The notes beneath the pieces are model-generated. The model made no database searches, was not told the DNA's origin, and saw only the letters and a list, made by a program, of their open reading frames with translations. Made by a program: the position numbers and the translations under genes. Positions 40,116 to 50,623 of a stretch of DNA of 64,000 nucleotides are shown piece by piece (position 1 is the stretch's first letter; each line of letters starts with the position of its first letter). Source of the stretch: Myxococcota bacterium (GTDB lineage: Bacteria; Myxococcota_A; UBA9160; UBA4427); NCBI GenBank assembly GCA_965250285.1, contig OZ252299.1, positions 1,568,001-1,632,000 of the forward strand. Reading direction: 5' to 3'.

Positions 40116-43100
40116 CCAGTGCTGCGACCCCGATCCGCGAAGGCGCCGCCGAGCCCGCGCGCATTCGCGTCGTCACCGCGGCCTCACTCTTCGATGGCCA
40201 CGACGCCGCGATCAACATCATGCGTCGGCTGCTCCAGGCGCAGGGCGCCGAGGTGATCCATCTCGGTCACGATCGCAGCGTCGACGAGATCGTCGAAGCG
40301 GCGATCGCCGAAGACGCCCACGCGGTCGCCGTCTCGTCCTACCAGGGCGGGCACATGGAGTTCTTTCGCTATCTGGTGGAGCGGCTCGCCGAGCGCGGCG
40401 CGCCCTGGATCCGAGTGTACGGCGGGGGCGGCGGAACGATCACGCCGGCCGAGATCGAAGCTCTGCACGACGCCGGGGTGGCGCGCATCTTCAGCCCCGA
40501 AGATGGTCGCAAGCTCGGCCTCGAGGGCATGATCGGCACGATCATCGAAGACTGCCGCTCGGACGCGATGCGCGCGGCGCGATCGCTCGATGCGGCCCGG
40601 GCAGCGGCGCTGGTCGAAGACCTGCACCCCGCTCGCCCCGGCGCGCTGGCGCGTGTGATCACCTGGCTCGAAGAAGAAGCCGATTCGAACGTCTCCGAGG
40701 CGGCCGCCTTGCGCTCGAAGCTGCAGGAGAAGGGCGACCACGTGCCGGTGGTCGGGTTCACCGGGACCGGAGGCGCCGGCAAGTCGAGCGTCGTCGACGA
40801 GCTCGTGCGGCGCGCCCGTGTCGACGACCCCGAGCGGCGCATCGGCCTGCTGCTCGTCGACCCGACGCGCCGACGCAGTGGCGGCGCGTTGCTGGGCGAT
40901 CGGATTCGCATGAACTCGATCCACGGCGAGGGCGTGTTCGTGCGCTCGCTCGCGACCCGCCAGCGGCACCTGTCGCTCTCCCGGGCGATTCAGGACGCCG
41001 TACGCGTGCTGACGGCGGCCGGCTTCGATCTCGTGGTCGTCGAGACAGCCGGCATCGGCCAGAGTGACTCGGAGATCGTCGACCTCGCCGATCTCTCGAT
41101 CTACGTCATGACGCCCGAGTTCGGTGCGCCGTCGCAGCTCGAGAAGATCGACATGCTCGATTACGCCGATCTCGTGGTGGTGAACAAGTGCGACCGGCAG
41201 GGGGCGCGAGATGCGCTTCGCGATGTCCGCAAGCAGTGGCGACGCAATCGTACGGCGTTCGACCTACCCGACGATCAGGTGCCCGTCTTCCCGACCGTGG
41301 CGCGGCAGTGGAACGATCCCGGCACCGAGCAGCTGCACCGCGCCCTCTGGTCGCGCCTCGGCGGCGCGGCCACGCTGCCCGAACGTCCGGCGGGCCGCGA
41401 CGGCGAAGAGCTGGTGCTGACGTCGACGATCCCCGCTTCGCGCGTGCGATATCTGGCCGACATCGCCGACACCGTGCGGGGCTACCGCGGTCGGGTGGAG
41501 GACGACGCCGCGCGCGCTGGCCGGGCGGACGGTCTGTCGCGTTCGCTCGAGGCTTTTGGTGCGGAGCCGCCCGAGGGCTTGCCCGAGCGACGAGCTGACG
41601 GCGGGCCCGTGAGCGACGCCCCCGAAGAGGTCGTGCGGGCGCTTCAGGCCGAGTGCGATCGCAGCTGGCAAGCCGTGTCGGCCGAGCGCCGCGCGCAGCT
41701 GGTCGATTGGCCGTCGACGCGCCGCGACTATGCGGCCGACACGCAGACCTACGCGGTGCGCGGTCGCGAGATCGAGGTCGAGAATCAGACCCGGACACTC
41801 TCCGATACCCGCGTGTCGAAGGTCGCGCTGCCGCGCACCGACGACTGGGGCGACCTCGTGCGCTATTTCGGCCTCGAGCATCTGCCCGGCCACTTCCCGT
41901 ATACCGCGGGCGTGTTTCCGTTCAAGCGCAGCGGGGAGGACCCCGCCCGCATGTTCGCGGGCGAAGGCGGCCCCGAGCGCACGAACCGCCGATTCCACTA
42001 TCTCGCGTCGGGGCAGCCGGCGGCTCGGTTGTCGACGGCCTTCGACAGCGTGACGCTGTATGGCCGCGACCCCGATCCACGGCCGGATATCTACGGCAAG
42101 GTCGGCAACTCGGGCGTCTCGGTGTGCACCCTCGACGACGCGAAGAAGCTGTACTCGGGCTTCGATCTCTGTGACCCGTCGACCTCGGTCTCGCTCACGA
42201 TCAACGGCCCGGCGCCCATGGTGCTGGCCTTCTTTCTGAACACGGCCATCGATCAGCAGGTCGAGCGGCACCTGCGCGAGACCGGGCAGCTCGAGGCCGT
42301 GCGCGCCCGATTCGAGGCGGAGTGGGCCGAGCGTGGACTCGAGCTGCCGCACTATGAGAGCGAGCGCCCGGAGACGCACGACGGGTTGGGGCTGGCGCTG
42401 CTGGGGATCCCCGGCGACCGCGCCGTTGATGCCGAGACCTACGCGCGCATCCGCAGCGACGTGCTGAAGCGCGTCCGCGGAACGGTGCAGGCCGACATCC
42501 TCAAGGAGGATCAGGCGCAGAACACGTGCATCTTCTCAACCGAGTTCGCGCTCGAGGTGCAGGGCGACATCCAGGCGTTCTTCGTGCAGGAGGCGGTCAA
42601 GAACTTCTACTCGGTCAGCATCAGCGGCTACCACATGGCGGAGGCCGGAGCGAATCCGATCAGTCAGCTCGCCTTCACCCTGGCCAACGGCTTCACGTTC
42701 GTCGAGAGCTATCTCGCACGCGGCATGGCGGTCGACGACTTCGCCCCGAACTTCTCGTTCTTCTTCTCGAACGGGCTCGACGCCGAGTACAACGTGATTG
42801 GCCGCGTCGCCCGCCGCATCTGGGCCGTTGCGATGCGCGAGCGCTATGGCGCCGACGAGCGGAGCCAGAAGCTCAAGTATCACATCCAGACGTCCGGCCG
42901 GTCGCTGCACGCGCAGGAGATGCAGTTCAACGACATTCGCACGACGCTGCAGGCGCTGATCGCGCTGCAGGACAACTGCAACAGCCTGCACACGAACGCC
43001 TACGACGAGGCCGTCACGACCCCGACCGAGGAGTCGGTGCGCCGGGCGCTGGCGATCCAGCTGATCATCAATCGCGAGCTCGGTGCGGCCAAGAACGAGA

Positions 43101-43582
43101 ACCCGATCCAGGGCGCCTATCTGATCGACGAGTTGACCGACCTGGTCGAGGAGGCGGTCCTCACCGAGTTCGAGCGACTCGCTGAGCGAGGCGGCGTGCT
43201 CGGGGCCATGGAGACGCTCTATCAGCGCAGCAAGATCCAGGAGGAGAGCCTCCACTATGAGTCGCTGAAGCACTCGGGCGAGCTGCCGATCATCGGCGTC
43301 AACACGTTCATCGCGGATGGTGAGGGTGAAGCCGCCGACGAAGTCGAGGTCGAGCTGATGCGTTCGACCGACGACGAGAAGCAGGAGCGACTCTCGTCGC
43401 TGGCGGCGCATCACACGTACTGGAGCGAGGAAGCCACCGCGGCGCTCGCTCGGCTGCAGGACGTCGCACGGGCAGGCGGCAATGTCTTCGAGGAGCTGCT
43501 CGAGACCGTGAAGGTCGCCAGCCTCGGCCAGATCAGCGAGGCGCTGTTCGAAGTGGGCGGACGCTACCGACGCTCGATGTAG
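40112..43582 (+). CDS. icmF: Fused isobutyryl-CoA mutase/GTPase IcmF
   Basis: B12-binding 'FDGHDAAINIMRR', MeaB-type G domain 'GTGGAGKSS..VETAGIGQ..NKCD', mutase barrel with Phe specificity residue 'RMFAGEG'; 1156 aa. Confidence 0.95.
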   Translation: MTSAATPIREGAAEPARIRVVTAASLFDGHDAAINIMRRLLQAQGAEVIHLGHDRSVDEIVEAAIAEDAHAVAVSSYQGGHMEFFRYLVERLAERGAPWIRVYGGGGGTITPAEIEALHDAGVARIFSPEDGRKLGLEGMIGTIIEDCRSDAMRAARSLDAARAAALVEDLHPARPGALARVITWLEEEADSNVSEAAALRSKLQEKGDHVPVVGFTGTGGAGKSSVVDELVRRARVDDPERRIGLLLVDPTRRRSGGALLGDRIRMNSIHGEGVFVRSLATRQRHLSLSRAIQDAVRVLTAAGFDLVVVETAGIGQSDSEIVDLADLSIYVMTPEFGAPSQLEKIDMLDYADLVVVNKCDRQGARDALRDVRKQWRRNRTAFDLPDDQVPVFPTVARQWNDPGTEQLHRALWSRLGGAATLPERPAGRDGEELVLTSTIPASRVRYLADIADTVRGYRGRVEDDAARAGRADGLSRSLEAFGAEPPEGLPERRADGGPVSDAPEEVVRALQAECDRSWQAVSAERRAQLVDWPSTRRDYAADTQTYAVRGREIEVENQTRTLSDTRVSKVALPRTDDWGDLVRYFGLEHLPGHFPYTAGVFPFKRSGEDPARMFAGEGGPERTNRRFHYLASGQPAARLSTAFDSVTLYGRDPDPRPDIYGKVGNSGVSVCTLDDAKKLYSGFDLCDPSTSVSLTINGPAPMVLAFFLNTAIDQQVERHLRETGQLEAVRARFEAEWAERGLELPHYESERPETHDGLGLALLGIPGDRAVDAETYARIRSDVLKRVRGTVQADILKEDQAQNTCIFSTEFALEVQGDIQAFFVQEAVKNFYSVSISGYHMAEAGANPISQLAFTLANGFTFVESYLARGMAVDDFAPNFSFFFSNGLDAEYNVIGRVARRIWAVAMRERYGADERSQKLKYHIQTSGRSLHAQEMQFNDIRTTLQALIALQDNCNSLHTNAYDEAVTTPTEESVRRALAIQLIINRELGAAKNENPIQGAYLIDELTDLVEEAVLTEFERLAERGGVLGAMETLYQRSKIQEESLHYESLKHSGELPIIGVNTFIADGEGEAADEVEVELMRSTDDEKQERLSSLAAHHTYWSEEATAALARLQDVARAGGNVFEELLETVKVASLGQISEALFEVGGRYRRSM

Positions 43583-43710
43583 GCATCGGATGCCACACGG
43601 CGTCGCGCTGCGAGTCGGGCCCCGCGGGCCCTGCTAGACTGCGCGCCCGCTCGACGTCGCTCGATCGAGACAGGTAGAGCAAGAGCAAAACGAGAAGAAC
43701 GGAGCACGAC

Positions 43711-45858
43711 ATGGCTGGGAAGAACGACGGCGCCGATCTCGGCAAGTGGCGAGATCTCGCGGCGAAGGAGCTGCGCGGCAAGGACGTCGACGACCTCTTC
43801 TGGGAGAGCCCGGAAGGCATCGCCGTCAAGCCGCTGTACACGGCGGCCGATCTCGAGGGGCTGCCGCACCTCGACACGCTGCCCGGCGTCGCGCCCTATC
43901 TGCGCGGCCCCCGCGCGACGATGTACTCGAATCGCCCGTGGACCGTTCGCCAGTACGCCGGCTTCTCGACGGCGGAGGAGTCGAACGCCTTCTACAAGGC
44001 AAACCTCGCCGCCGGCCAGCAGGGCCTGTCGGTGGCGTTCGATCTCGCCACCCACCGCGGCTACGACTCGGATCACGAGCGAGTGACCGGCGACGTCGGC
44101 AAGGCGGGCGTGGCGATCGACAGCGTCGAGGATATGAAGATCCTCTTCGACGGCATCCCGCTGAGTGACGTGACCGTGTCGATGACCATGAACGGCGCCG
44201 TCCTGCCGATCCTCGCGTGCTTCGTGGTGGCCGGCGAGGAGCAGGGGGTGCCCTCTGAGCAGCTCGCGGGCACGATTCAGAACGACATCCTCAAGGAGTT
44301 CATGGTCCGCAACACCTACATCTATCCGCCCGAGCCCTCGATGCGCATCGTGGCCGACATCATCGAGTTCACGGCGAAGAAGATGCCGAAGTTCAACTCG
44401 ATCTCGATCTCGGGCTACCACATGCAGGAGGCCGGTGCCGACACCACGCTCGAGCTGGCCTTCACGCTGGCCGACGGGGTCGAGTACGTGCGCGCGGCCC
44501 TGTCGAAGGGCCTCGACGTCGACGCCTTCGCCGGGCGGCTCTCGTTCTTCTGGGCGATCGGGATGAACTTCTATCTCGAGATCGCCAAGATGCGCGCAGC
44601 GCGCATGCTGTGGGCCGAGCTCATGGCGCAGTTCGAGCCGAAGAACCCGCGCTCGTCGATGCTGCGGACGCACTGTCAGACCTCGGGCGCTTCGCTGACC
44701 GAACAGGATCCGATGAACAACGTCGTTCGGACGACCGTCGAGGCAATGGCCGCGGTGTTCGGCGGAACGCAGAGCCTGCACACCAACGGCTACGACGAGG
44801 CGGTCTCGCTGCCGACCGATGCGGCGGCGCGCACGGCGCGCAACACGCAGCTGATCTTGCAGGAGGAGTCCGGCATTCCCGCCGTCGTCGACCCGTGGGC
44901 GGGCTCGTACTTCATGGAGTCGCTCACGCACGAGGTCGCCGACCGCGCCCGCAAGATCATTGCCGAGGTCGAGGAGCTCGGCGGGATGACCAAGGCGATC
45001 GTGAACGGCATGCCGAAGCTGCGGATCGAGGAGGCGGCGACACGCCGCCAGGCCCGCATCGACCTGGGCGACGACGTGATCGTCGGCGTGAACAAGTACG
45101 TCCTCGACGAAGAGCCCGAGATCGACGTCCGCGACATCGACAACACGGCGGTGCGCGAGGCGCAGGTCGCGAGGCTCGAGCAGATTCGCGCGAGCCGCGA
45201 CTCGGCGGCCGTCGAGAAGGCGCTGTCGCATCTCACCGAGCTCGCCGAGAGCGGCGAGGGCAACCTGCTCGAGGCCGCGGTCGACGCCGCCCGGGCGCGG
45301 GCCACCATCGGCGAGATCAGCGATGCGCTCGAGAAGGTGTACACGCGCTACGCCGCGAGCGTGCAGAGCGTGTCGGGGGTGTACGGGTCGGTGGAGCGGG
45401 GCAACGACGAGTACGACGAGGTCTGTGCCGACGTGGCGAAGTTCGCCGACGAAGAGGGGCGGCGGCCGCGCATGCTGGTCGTGAAGCTCGGTCAGGATGG
45501 CCACGACCGCGGCATGAAGATCATCTCGACCGCGTTCGCCGACATCGGTTTCGACGTCGACGTCGGGCCGCTGTTCCAGACGCCCGAAGAGGCCGCGCGG
45601 ATGGCCATCGACAACGACGTGCACGTCATCGGCGTGTCGAGCCAGGCGGCCGGCCACAAGACGCTCGTGCCGCTGCTCGTCGAGCAGCTGCGCGAAGCGG
45701 GCGCCTCCGACATCCTCGTCGTGGTCGGCGGCGTGATTCCGCCGCAGGACTACGAATACCTGCGGGAGTCGGGCGCGTCGGCGATCTTCGGCCCCGGCAC
45801 GCCGATCCCGAAGGCGGCCGCCGAGGTGCTGGCGGTGCTGCGGGATCAGCGCAAGTGA
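43711..45858 (+). CDS. scpA: Methylmalonyl-CoA mutase
   Basis: '[10 protein letters not shown]' (Tyr specificity residue), '[10 protein letters not shown]', '[13 protein letters not shown]', B12 motif 'GQDGHDRG'. Confidence 0.97.
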   Translation: MAGKNDGADLGKWRDLAAKELRGKDVDDLFWESPEGIAVKPLYTAADLEGLPHLDTLPGVAPYLRGPRATMYSNRPWTVRQYAGFSTAEESNAFYKANLAAGQQGLSVAFDLATHRGYDSDHERVTGDVGKAGVAIDSVEDMKILFDGIPLSDVTVSMTMNGAVLPILACFVVAGEEQGVPSEQLAGTIQNDILKEFMVRNTYIYPPEPSMRIVADIIEFTAKKMPKFNSISISGYHMQEAGADTTLELAFTLADGVEYVRAALSKGLDVDAFAGRLSFFWAIGMNFYLEIAKMRAARMLWAELMAQFEPKNPRSSMLRTHCQTSGASLTEQDPMNNVVRTTVEAMAAVFGGTQSLHTNGYDEAVSLPTDAAARTARNTQLILQEESGIPAVVDPWAGSYFMESLTHEVADRARKIIAEVEELGGMTKAIVNGMPKLRIEEAATRRQARIDLGDDVIVGVNKYVLDEEPEIDVRDIDNTAVREAQVARLEQIRASRDSAAVEKALSHLTELAESGEGNLLEAAVDAARARATIGEISDALEKVYTRYAASVQSVSGVYGSVERGNDEYDEVCADVAKFADEEGRRPRMLVVKLGQDGHDRGMKIISTAFADIGFDVDVGPLFQTPEEAARMAIDNDVHVIGVSSQAAGHKTLVPLLVEQLREAGASDILVVVGGVIPPQDYEYLRESGASAIFGPGTPIPKAAAEVLAVLRDQRK

Positions 45859-46880
45859 GCAGCCGGCCTGGCTCGAACGAGCCGGGATCGCGCGGGCGGG
45901 GCTTCGACTCGCCGGAGGGGTATCGCGACGCGATCCGCTCCGGCGATCGCCGAGCGATGGCGCGCGCGATCACTCTGATCGAGAGCACGCGTCCCGATCA
46001 GGCCGAGTTCGGCCAGCAGATCCTCGAGTGCCTCGTGCCCGAGACCGGCGGCGCGATTCGTGTCGGCGTGACCGGACCGCCGGGCGCCGGCAAGAGCACG
46101 TTCATCGAAGCACTCGGCCTGTCTCTCGTCGACGCGGGCCTCAAGGTGGCGGTGCTTGCGGTCGACCCGTCGAGCCCCGTGACCGGCGGCAGTATCCTCG
46201 GTGACAAGACGCGCATGGAGAAGCTCGCGACCCGAAGCGAGGCCTTCATTCGACCGTCGCCGTCGGGTGGGTCGCTCGGGGGCGTCGCCCATCGCACGCG
46301 CGAGGTGATGCTGCTCTGTGAGGCGGCGGGCTACGACGTGGTGTTGATCGAGACGGTGGGCATCGGACAGAGCGAGGTGAGCGTGGCCTCGATGGTCGAC
46401 TTCTTCGCCGTTCTCTTGCTGCCGGCCGGTGGAGACGAGCTGCAGGGGATCAAGAAGGGTGTGATCGAGCTCGCCGACGTGCTCGTGGTGAACAAAGCCG
46501 ATGGCCCGACCGCCGAGGTCGCCGAGCGCACCCGCCTCGACTACCAGGGCGCGCTGCACCTGATTCGGCCGGGGTCCGAGGCGTGGCAGCCCCGTGCGCT
46601 GGCGGCGAGCGCCCTCGAGGGCACCGGCATCGCCGAGCTCTGGGCCGCCGTCGAGGAGCACCACGCTGCGCTGAGCGAGAGCGGCGAGCTGGCCGAGAAG
46701 CGGCGGCGCCAGGCGCGGGCCTGGATGTGGAGCCTCGTCGAAGAGGGCCTTCAGAACGCGTTCCGACAGGATTCGAATGTGGCCCGCGATCTGCCGCACC
46801 TCGAAGCCGAGGTCGCCGACCAGAAGACGACGCCGGCGGCGGCCGCCCGGTCGCTGCTCACGCGCTTCCTGAAGGGCTAG
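45855..46880 (+). CDS. meaB: Methylmalonyl-CoA mutase-associated GTPase MeaB
   Basis: 'GPPGAGKST', '[16 protein letters not shown]', 'ETVGIGQSE', '[10 protein letters not shown]', 'NKAD'. Confidence 0.96.
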   Translation: MSSRPGSNEPGSRGRGFDSPEGYRDAIRSGDRRAMARAITLIESTRPDQAEFGQQILECLVPETGGAIRVGVTGPPGAGKSTFIEALGLSLVDAGLKVAVLAVDPSSPVTGGSILGDKTRMEKLATRSEAFIRPSPSGGSLGGVAHRTREVMLLCEAAGYDVVLIETVGIGQSEVSVASMVDFFAVLLLPAGGDELQGIKKGVIELADVLVVNKADGPTAEVAERTRLDYQGALHLIRPGSEAWQPRALAASALEGTGIAELWAAVEEHHAALSESGELAEKRRRQARAWMWSLVEEGLQNAFRQDSNVARDLPHLEAEVADQKTTPAAAARSLLTRFLKG

Positions 46881-47052
46881 CGCCTGCCCCGCTCGGGCCG
46901 CGCGGCTTCGTGGCCCGGCCAGCGATCATCCGTGTGAAAACCGCCCGTCGAATCCCGCTCGACCTACATGTTTCGACGCGGTCGTCCGATGAACCCCGGG
47001 GAGGAGCCGCGGCGACTCGGCCGGTGTGCCAGCGCGTGCGGAGCACGAGACC

Positions 47053-47706
47053 ATGGTCCAGATCAACATGTCGTCCAAGGAGATCACGCTGAAGGTCGTG
47101 TACTACGGCCCGGCGCTCTCCGGCAAGACGACGAATCTGCAGCAGCTGCACGAGCAGATGTCACCGTCGGCCCGCACCAAGATGCTGACGCTGGACACGA
47201 AGGACGACCGCACCCTCTACTTCGATTTCCTGCCCGTGGAATTTTCCACCTCGGGCGGATTCAGCGTGAAGATGAAGCTGTTCACGGTGCCCGGCCAGGT
47301 GATGCACAAGTCGACGCGCAAGGTCGTACTGGCCGGCGCCGACGCCGTCGTCTTCGTCGCCGACAGTCAGCGCTCGAGCGCGAGCGCCAACGCGTACAGC
47401 TGGCGCGACATGGAGGCGAACCTCAAGGCGAACGGGATCGACTTCGAGTCGCTGCCCAAAGTCGTGCAGTTCAACAAGCGCGACTTCCCCGACGTGAAGC
47501 CCTTGAAGGAGATCAAGGAGCAGTGGGGGGACATTCCGACCTTCCCCGCGATCGCGACCCGGGGCGAGGGCATTCAGGAGACGTTCCGCGAGCTGATGCG
47601 GGCGCTCTATCGCTCGCTCGACGAGAAGCACGACTTTGCCCGCAAGTTCCAGGTGTCCGAGAAGGACTTCCTCGAAGGCATCTTCACGAACTTCTCGCCC
47701 GCCTGA
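47053..47706 (+). CDS. MglA-family small GTPase, with no adjacent mglB
   Basis: 'KVVYYGPALSGKTTNL', 'DRTLYFDFLP', 'TVPGQ', 'GADAVVFVADSQ', 'NKRD'. Confidence 0.9.
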   Translation: MVQINMSSKEITLKVVYYGPALSGKTTNLQQLHEQMSPSARTKMLTLDTKDDRTLYFDFLPVEFSTSGGFSVKMKLFTVPGQVMHKSTRKVVLAGADAVVFVADSQRSSASANAYSWRDMEANLKANGIDFESLPKVVQFNKRDFPDVKPLKEIKEQWGDIPTFPAIATRGEGIQETFRELMRALYRSLDEKHDFARKFQVSEKDFLEGIFTNFSPA

Positions 47707-47825
47707 GCGACACCCCGCGCGCCTCTCGCGCCGACCCCCGCCTGAGCGACTCCGGGCGCGTCTCGCGCTGACCCGGCAAGAGCAACACCGGGCGCCTCTC
47801 GCGCCGAGCCCGCCAGACGACCCCG
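47698..47825. repeat. 36-39-bp decaying tandem array starting at the stop of the MglA-like gene
   Basis: gcctgagcgac at 47701 and 47740, gcaagagcaac at 47776, gccagacgac at 47812. The first three are followed by a (c/g)tctcgcgc(c/t)ga motif. Confidence 0.8.
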
Positions 47826-47944
47826 ACCGGCCCGCCCCATGGGGCTGCTCAGCGCTTCGGCGCACCTGAGGCGCTCCTGCTGCTCGTGACCCGGCGTCGG
47901 TGAAATCGTCGCCAGATCGGGCGGTTCGGGGCCGTCGCGTCAGA

Positions 47945-47973
47945 TTGACACTGCAATCAACCCTTCCTATCGT
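47945..47973 (+). promoter_or_regulatory. Sigma70-type promoter upstream of ribBA
   Basis: TTGACA-N17-TATCGT in a locally AT-richer patch. Confidence 0.7.
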
Positions 47974-47979
47974 GCCCGA

Positions 47980-48257
47980 GCGCCGACAGGCATCGGCGCG
48001 ACCAACGATCGATCCTGGCCCACGCGTTCTCCTCGGCCGACGCCGGCGAGTGCGGATTCGAGCGTCGATCGAGGCCAGCGCGCCACTCGGTCCGGCCTCC
48101 GGCATCGCAAGGTGCCGGCGATCCCCGGAGACGCCGAGGGCCGACTGAGCCGACGCAGACGAGCGAAGCGGCGAGGCAGGATCGGTCGAGGGTGTTTCGG
48201 TCACGCAGCGCGCCCGCCGGAACCGTGCCACGGTCCGTACGGGAGGTTCGACCCCCT
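47980..48257 (+). promoter_or_regulatory. Structured 5' leader of ribBA (candidate cis-regulatory RNA)
   Basis: Hairpin 47980-47999; long-range helix 48006-48017/48177-48188; inner ccggcatc-GCAA-ggtgccgg hairpin; the SD can pair with the downstream accccc. Confidence 0.5.
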
Positions 48258-49568
48258 ATGTCCGACGAACAGTCCTCGCAAGAGTCCGCATCCCAGCCCG
48301 AACCGGGCGCCGACGCCCCGGCGGATCTGCGCGGCCAGGCCGGGACCCCCGGCTCGGCGCTCTCTTCGATCGAAGAGGCGATCGCCGATGTCCGCGACGG
48401 CAAGATGGTCATCCTCGTCGACGATGAGGATCGCGAGAACGAGGGCGACCTCTGCATGGCGGCGGATCTGTGTCGCGCCGAGGACGTCAACTTCATGGCA
48501 AAGTTCGGTCGCGGCCTGATCTGCCTGCCGATGAGCGAGTCGCAGCTCAGACAGCTGAACCTCGAAATGATGGTGCCCGACTACGAGAACAACTCGGGCT
48601 TCGGCACCGCGTTCACGATCTCGATCGAGGCCCGCGAGGGCGTGACCACGGGCATCTCGGCGGCGGACCGGGCCCATACGATCCAGGTCGCGATCCAGCC
48701 CGACGCCAAGCCGACCGACATCGTCCGCCCCGGCCACGTGTTCCCGCTGCGCGCCCGCGAGGGCGGCGTGCTGCGCCGCGTCGGCCAGACCGAGGGCAGC
48801 GTCGACCTCGCGCGCCTCGCCGGCCATTCCTCGTCCGCAGTGATCTGCGAGATCATGAACGACGACGGCACGATGGCCCGCATGCCCGACCTGGTCGAAT
48901 TCGGCCGCGAGCACGGCCTCAAGATCGTGACGATCAAGGATCTCATTCAGTATCGCTTGCGCAACGAGGAGCTGGTGCACCGCGCGGCCAAGTCGAAGAT
49001 GCCGACACGGGCCGGCGGCGACTTCCACTGCATCGTCTACACGAATGACATCGACCACGTCGATCACATGGCGATGGTGAAGGGCGAGATCGACCCGGAC
49101 GAGCCGGTCCTCGTGCGCGTGCACAGCGAGTGTCTCACCGGCGACGCCTTCGGCTCGATGCGATGCGACTGCGGCGAGCAGCTCGAGTCGTCCATGCGCA
49201 TGATCGACGAAGAGGGCACGGGCATCGTGCTCTACATGCGCCAGGAAGGCCGGGGCATCGGCCTCAAGAACAAGATTCGCGCGTATGCGCTGCAAGACGA
49301 GGGGCTCGACACCGTCGAGGCCAACGTCAAGCTGGGCTTCGCGCCGGATCAGCGCGACTACGGCGTCGGCAGCCAGATCCTCTCGGACCTCGGCGCCCGA
49401 CAGATTCGCCTGATCACGAACAACCCGGTGAAGCGCGCCGGGATCGAGGGCTACGGCATCAAGATCGTCGAGCGGGTGCCGCTCGAGGTGCAGCCCAACG
49501 AGAACAACATGACCTATCTCCGCACGAAGAAGGAGAAGCTCGGTCACGTCCTGCACCTGATGGGCTGA
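48258..49568 (+). CDS. ribBA: Bifunctional DHBP synthase / GTP cyclohydrolase II
   Basis: '[10 protein letters not shown]', 'TTGISAADR', 'PGHVFPL', '[10 protein letters not shown]', 'CDCG', 'QEGRGIGL', 'TNNP'. Confidence 0.97.
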   Translation: MSDEQSSQESASQPEPGADAPADLRGQAGTPGSALSSIEEAIADVRDGKMVILVDDEDRENEGDLCMAADLCRAEDVNFMAKFGRGLICLPMSESQLRQLNLEMMVPDYENNSGFGTAFTISIEAREGVTTGISAADRAHTIQVAIQPDAKPTDIVRPGHVFPLRAREGGVLRRVGQTEGSVDLARLAGHSSSAVICEIMNDDGTMARMPDLVEFGREHGLKIVTIKDLIQYRLRNEELVHRAAKSKMPTRAGGDFHCIVYTNDIDHVDHMAMVKGEIDPDEPVLVRVHSECLTGDAFGSMRCDCGEQLESSMRMIDEEGTGIVLYMRQEGRGIGLKNKIRAYALQDEGLDTVEANVKLGFAPDQRDYGVGSQILSDLGARQIRLITNNPVKRAGIEGYGIKIVERVPLEVQPNENNMTYLRTKKEKLGHVLHLMG

Positions 49569-49631
49569 GTGCCCTGATGTGGTGCCGGGTGACCCGGGTC
49601 GGTCGAGCGAGAGACAGGGAGAGGTAGAGCA

Positions 49632-50621
49632 GTGTTCGACTCCGTCGATGACGTCATCAATCAGCTGAAAGACCAGGACTACATCTGCGACAAGCAGATC
49701 GCCACCGTGGTCTTCCTCGCCCAGCAGCTCGGCAAGCCCGTGCTCGTCGAGGGGCCCGCCGGCGTGGGCAAGACCGAGCTCGCCAAGGCCGTCTCGACGG
49801 CACTGCGCCGCGAGATGATCCGGCTGCAGTGCTACGAGGGCCTCGACGAGGCGAAGGCGCTGTACGAGTGGGAGTATTCGAAGCAGCTGCTCTACACCCA
49901 GATCCTCAAGGACAAGGTCAGCGAGACGATCAGCGACAGCCAGACCCTGGCCGACGCGGCCGAGCGGGTGGGCAAGGAAGACTCGGTCTTCTTCTCGTCG
50001 CGCTTCATCGTGCCGCGCCCGCTGATGCAGGCGATCACGAGCGAGGTGCCGACGCTCCTGCTGATCGACGAGGTCGACAAGAGCGACCCCGAGTTCGAGG
50101 CGTTCCTGCTCGAGGTGCTCTCCGACTTCCAGGTGACGATCCCCGAGATCGGCACGATCCAGGCCAAGAGCCAGCCGCTGGTGTTCCTGACGTCGAACGA
50201 CGCGCGTGAGATGAGCGACGCCCTGAAGCGCCGCTGCCTGCATCTCTGGATCGACTACCCGAGCGAAGAGCTCGAGGTGAAGATCCTCGACACGAAGGTG
50301 CCGAACATCGCCCGGGCGCTGGCCGAGGATGTCGTGGGTCTGATGAACAAGATCCGCGGTCTCGACCTGAAGAAGGTGCCGTCGATTTCGGAGACGCTCG
50401 ACTGGGCGCGCGCGCTGATGGCCCTCAACGTCGACGATCTCGCCGAGGACGACGTGAAGGACACGCTGAACGTCATCCTCAAGTACGAGGGCGACATTCA
50501 GAAGACCCAGAACGAGCTCTCGAAGCTGATCGAGAAGAAGGCACCGAAGGCCGACGCGCCCGAGGCGGCCGAAGAGCCCGCGAAGCCCGCCGAGCCCGCG
50601 AAGAAGGGGATCCTCCACTGA
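49632..50621 (+). CDS. MoxR/CoxD-like AAA+ ATPase
   Basis: 'EGPAGVGKTELA', 'RLQCYEGLDE', 'LIDEVDK', 'LTSN', 'DALKRRC', 'KVPSISETLDW'. Confidence 0.92.
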   Translation: MFDSVDDVINQLKDQDYICDKQIATVVFLAQQLGKPVLVEGPAGVGKTELAKAVSTALRREMIRLQCYEGLDEAKALYEWEYSKQLLYTQILKDKVSETISDSQTLADAAERVGKEDSVFFSSRFIVPRPLMQAITSEVPTLLLIDEVDKSDPEFEAFLLEVLSDFQVTIPEIGTIQAKSQPLVFLTSNDAREMSDALKRRCLHLWIDYPSEELEVKILDTKVPNIARALAEDVVGLMNKIRGLDLKKVPSISETLDWARALMALNVDDLAEDDVKDTLNVILKYEGDIQKTQNELSKLIEKKAPKADAPEAAEEPAKPAEPAKKGILH

Positions 50622-50623
50622 CC

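Noticed and set aside
47870..48257. Canonical FMN riboswitch upstream of ribBA
   Set aside because: The RFN conserved segments were not found; only a 'ggtgaaat' fragment occurs, and it lies upstream of the promoter.
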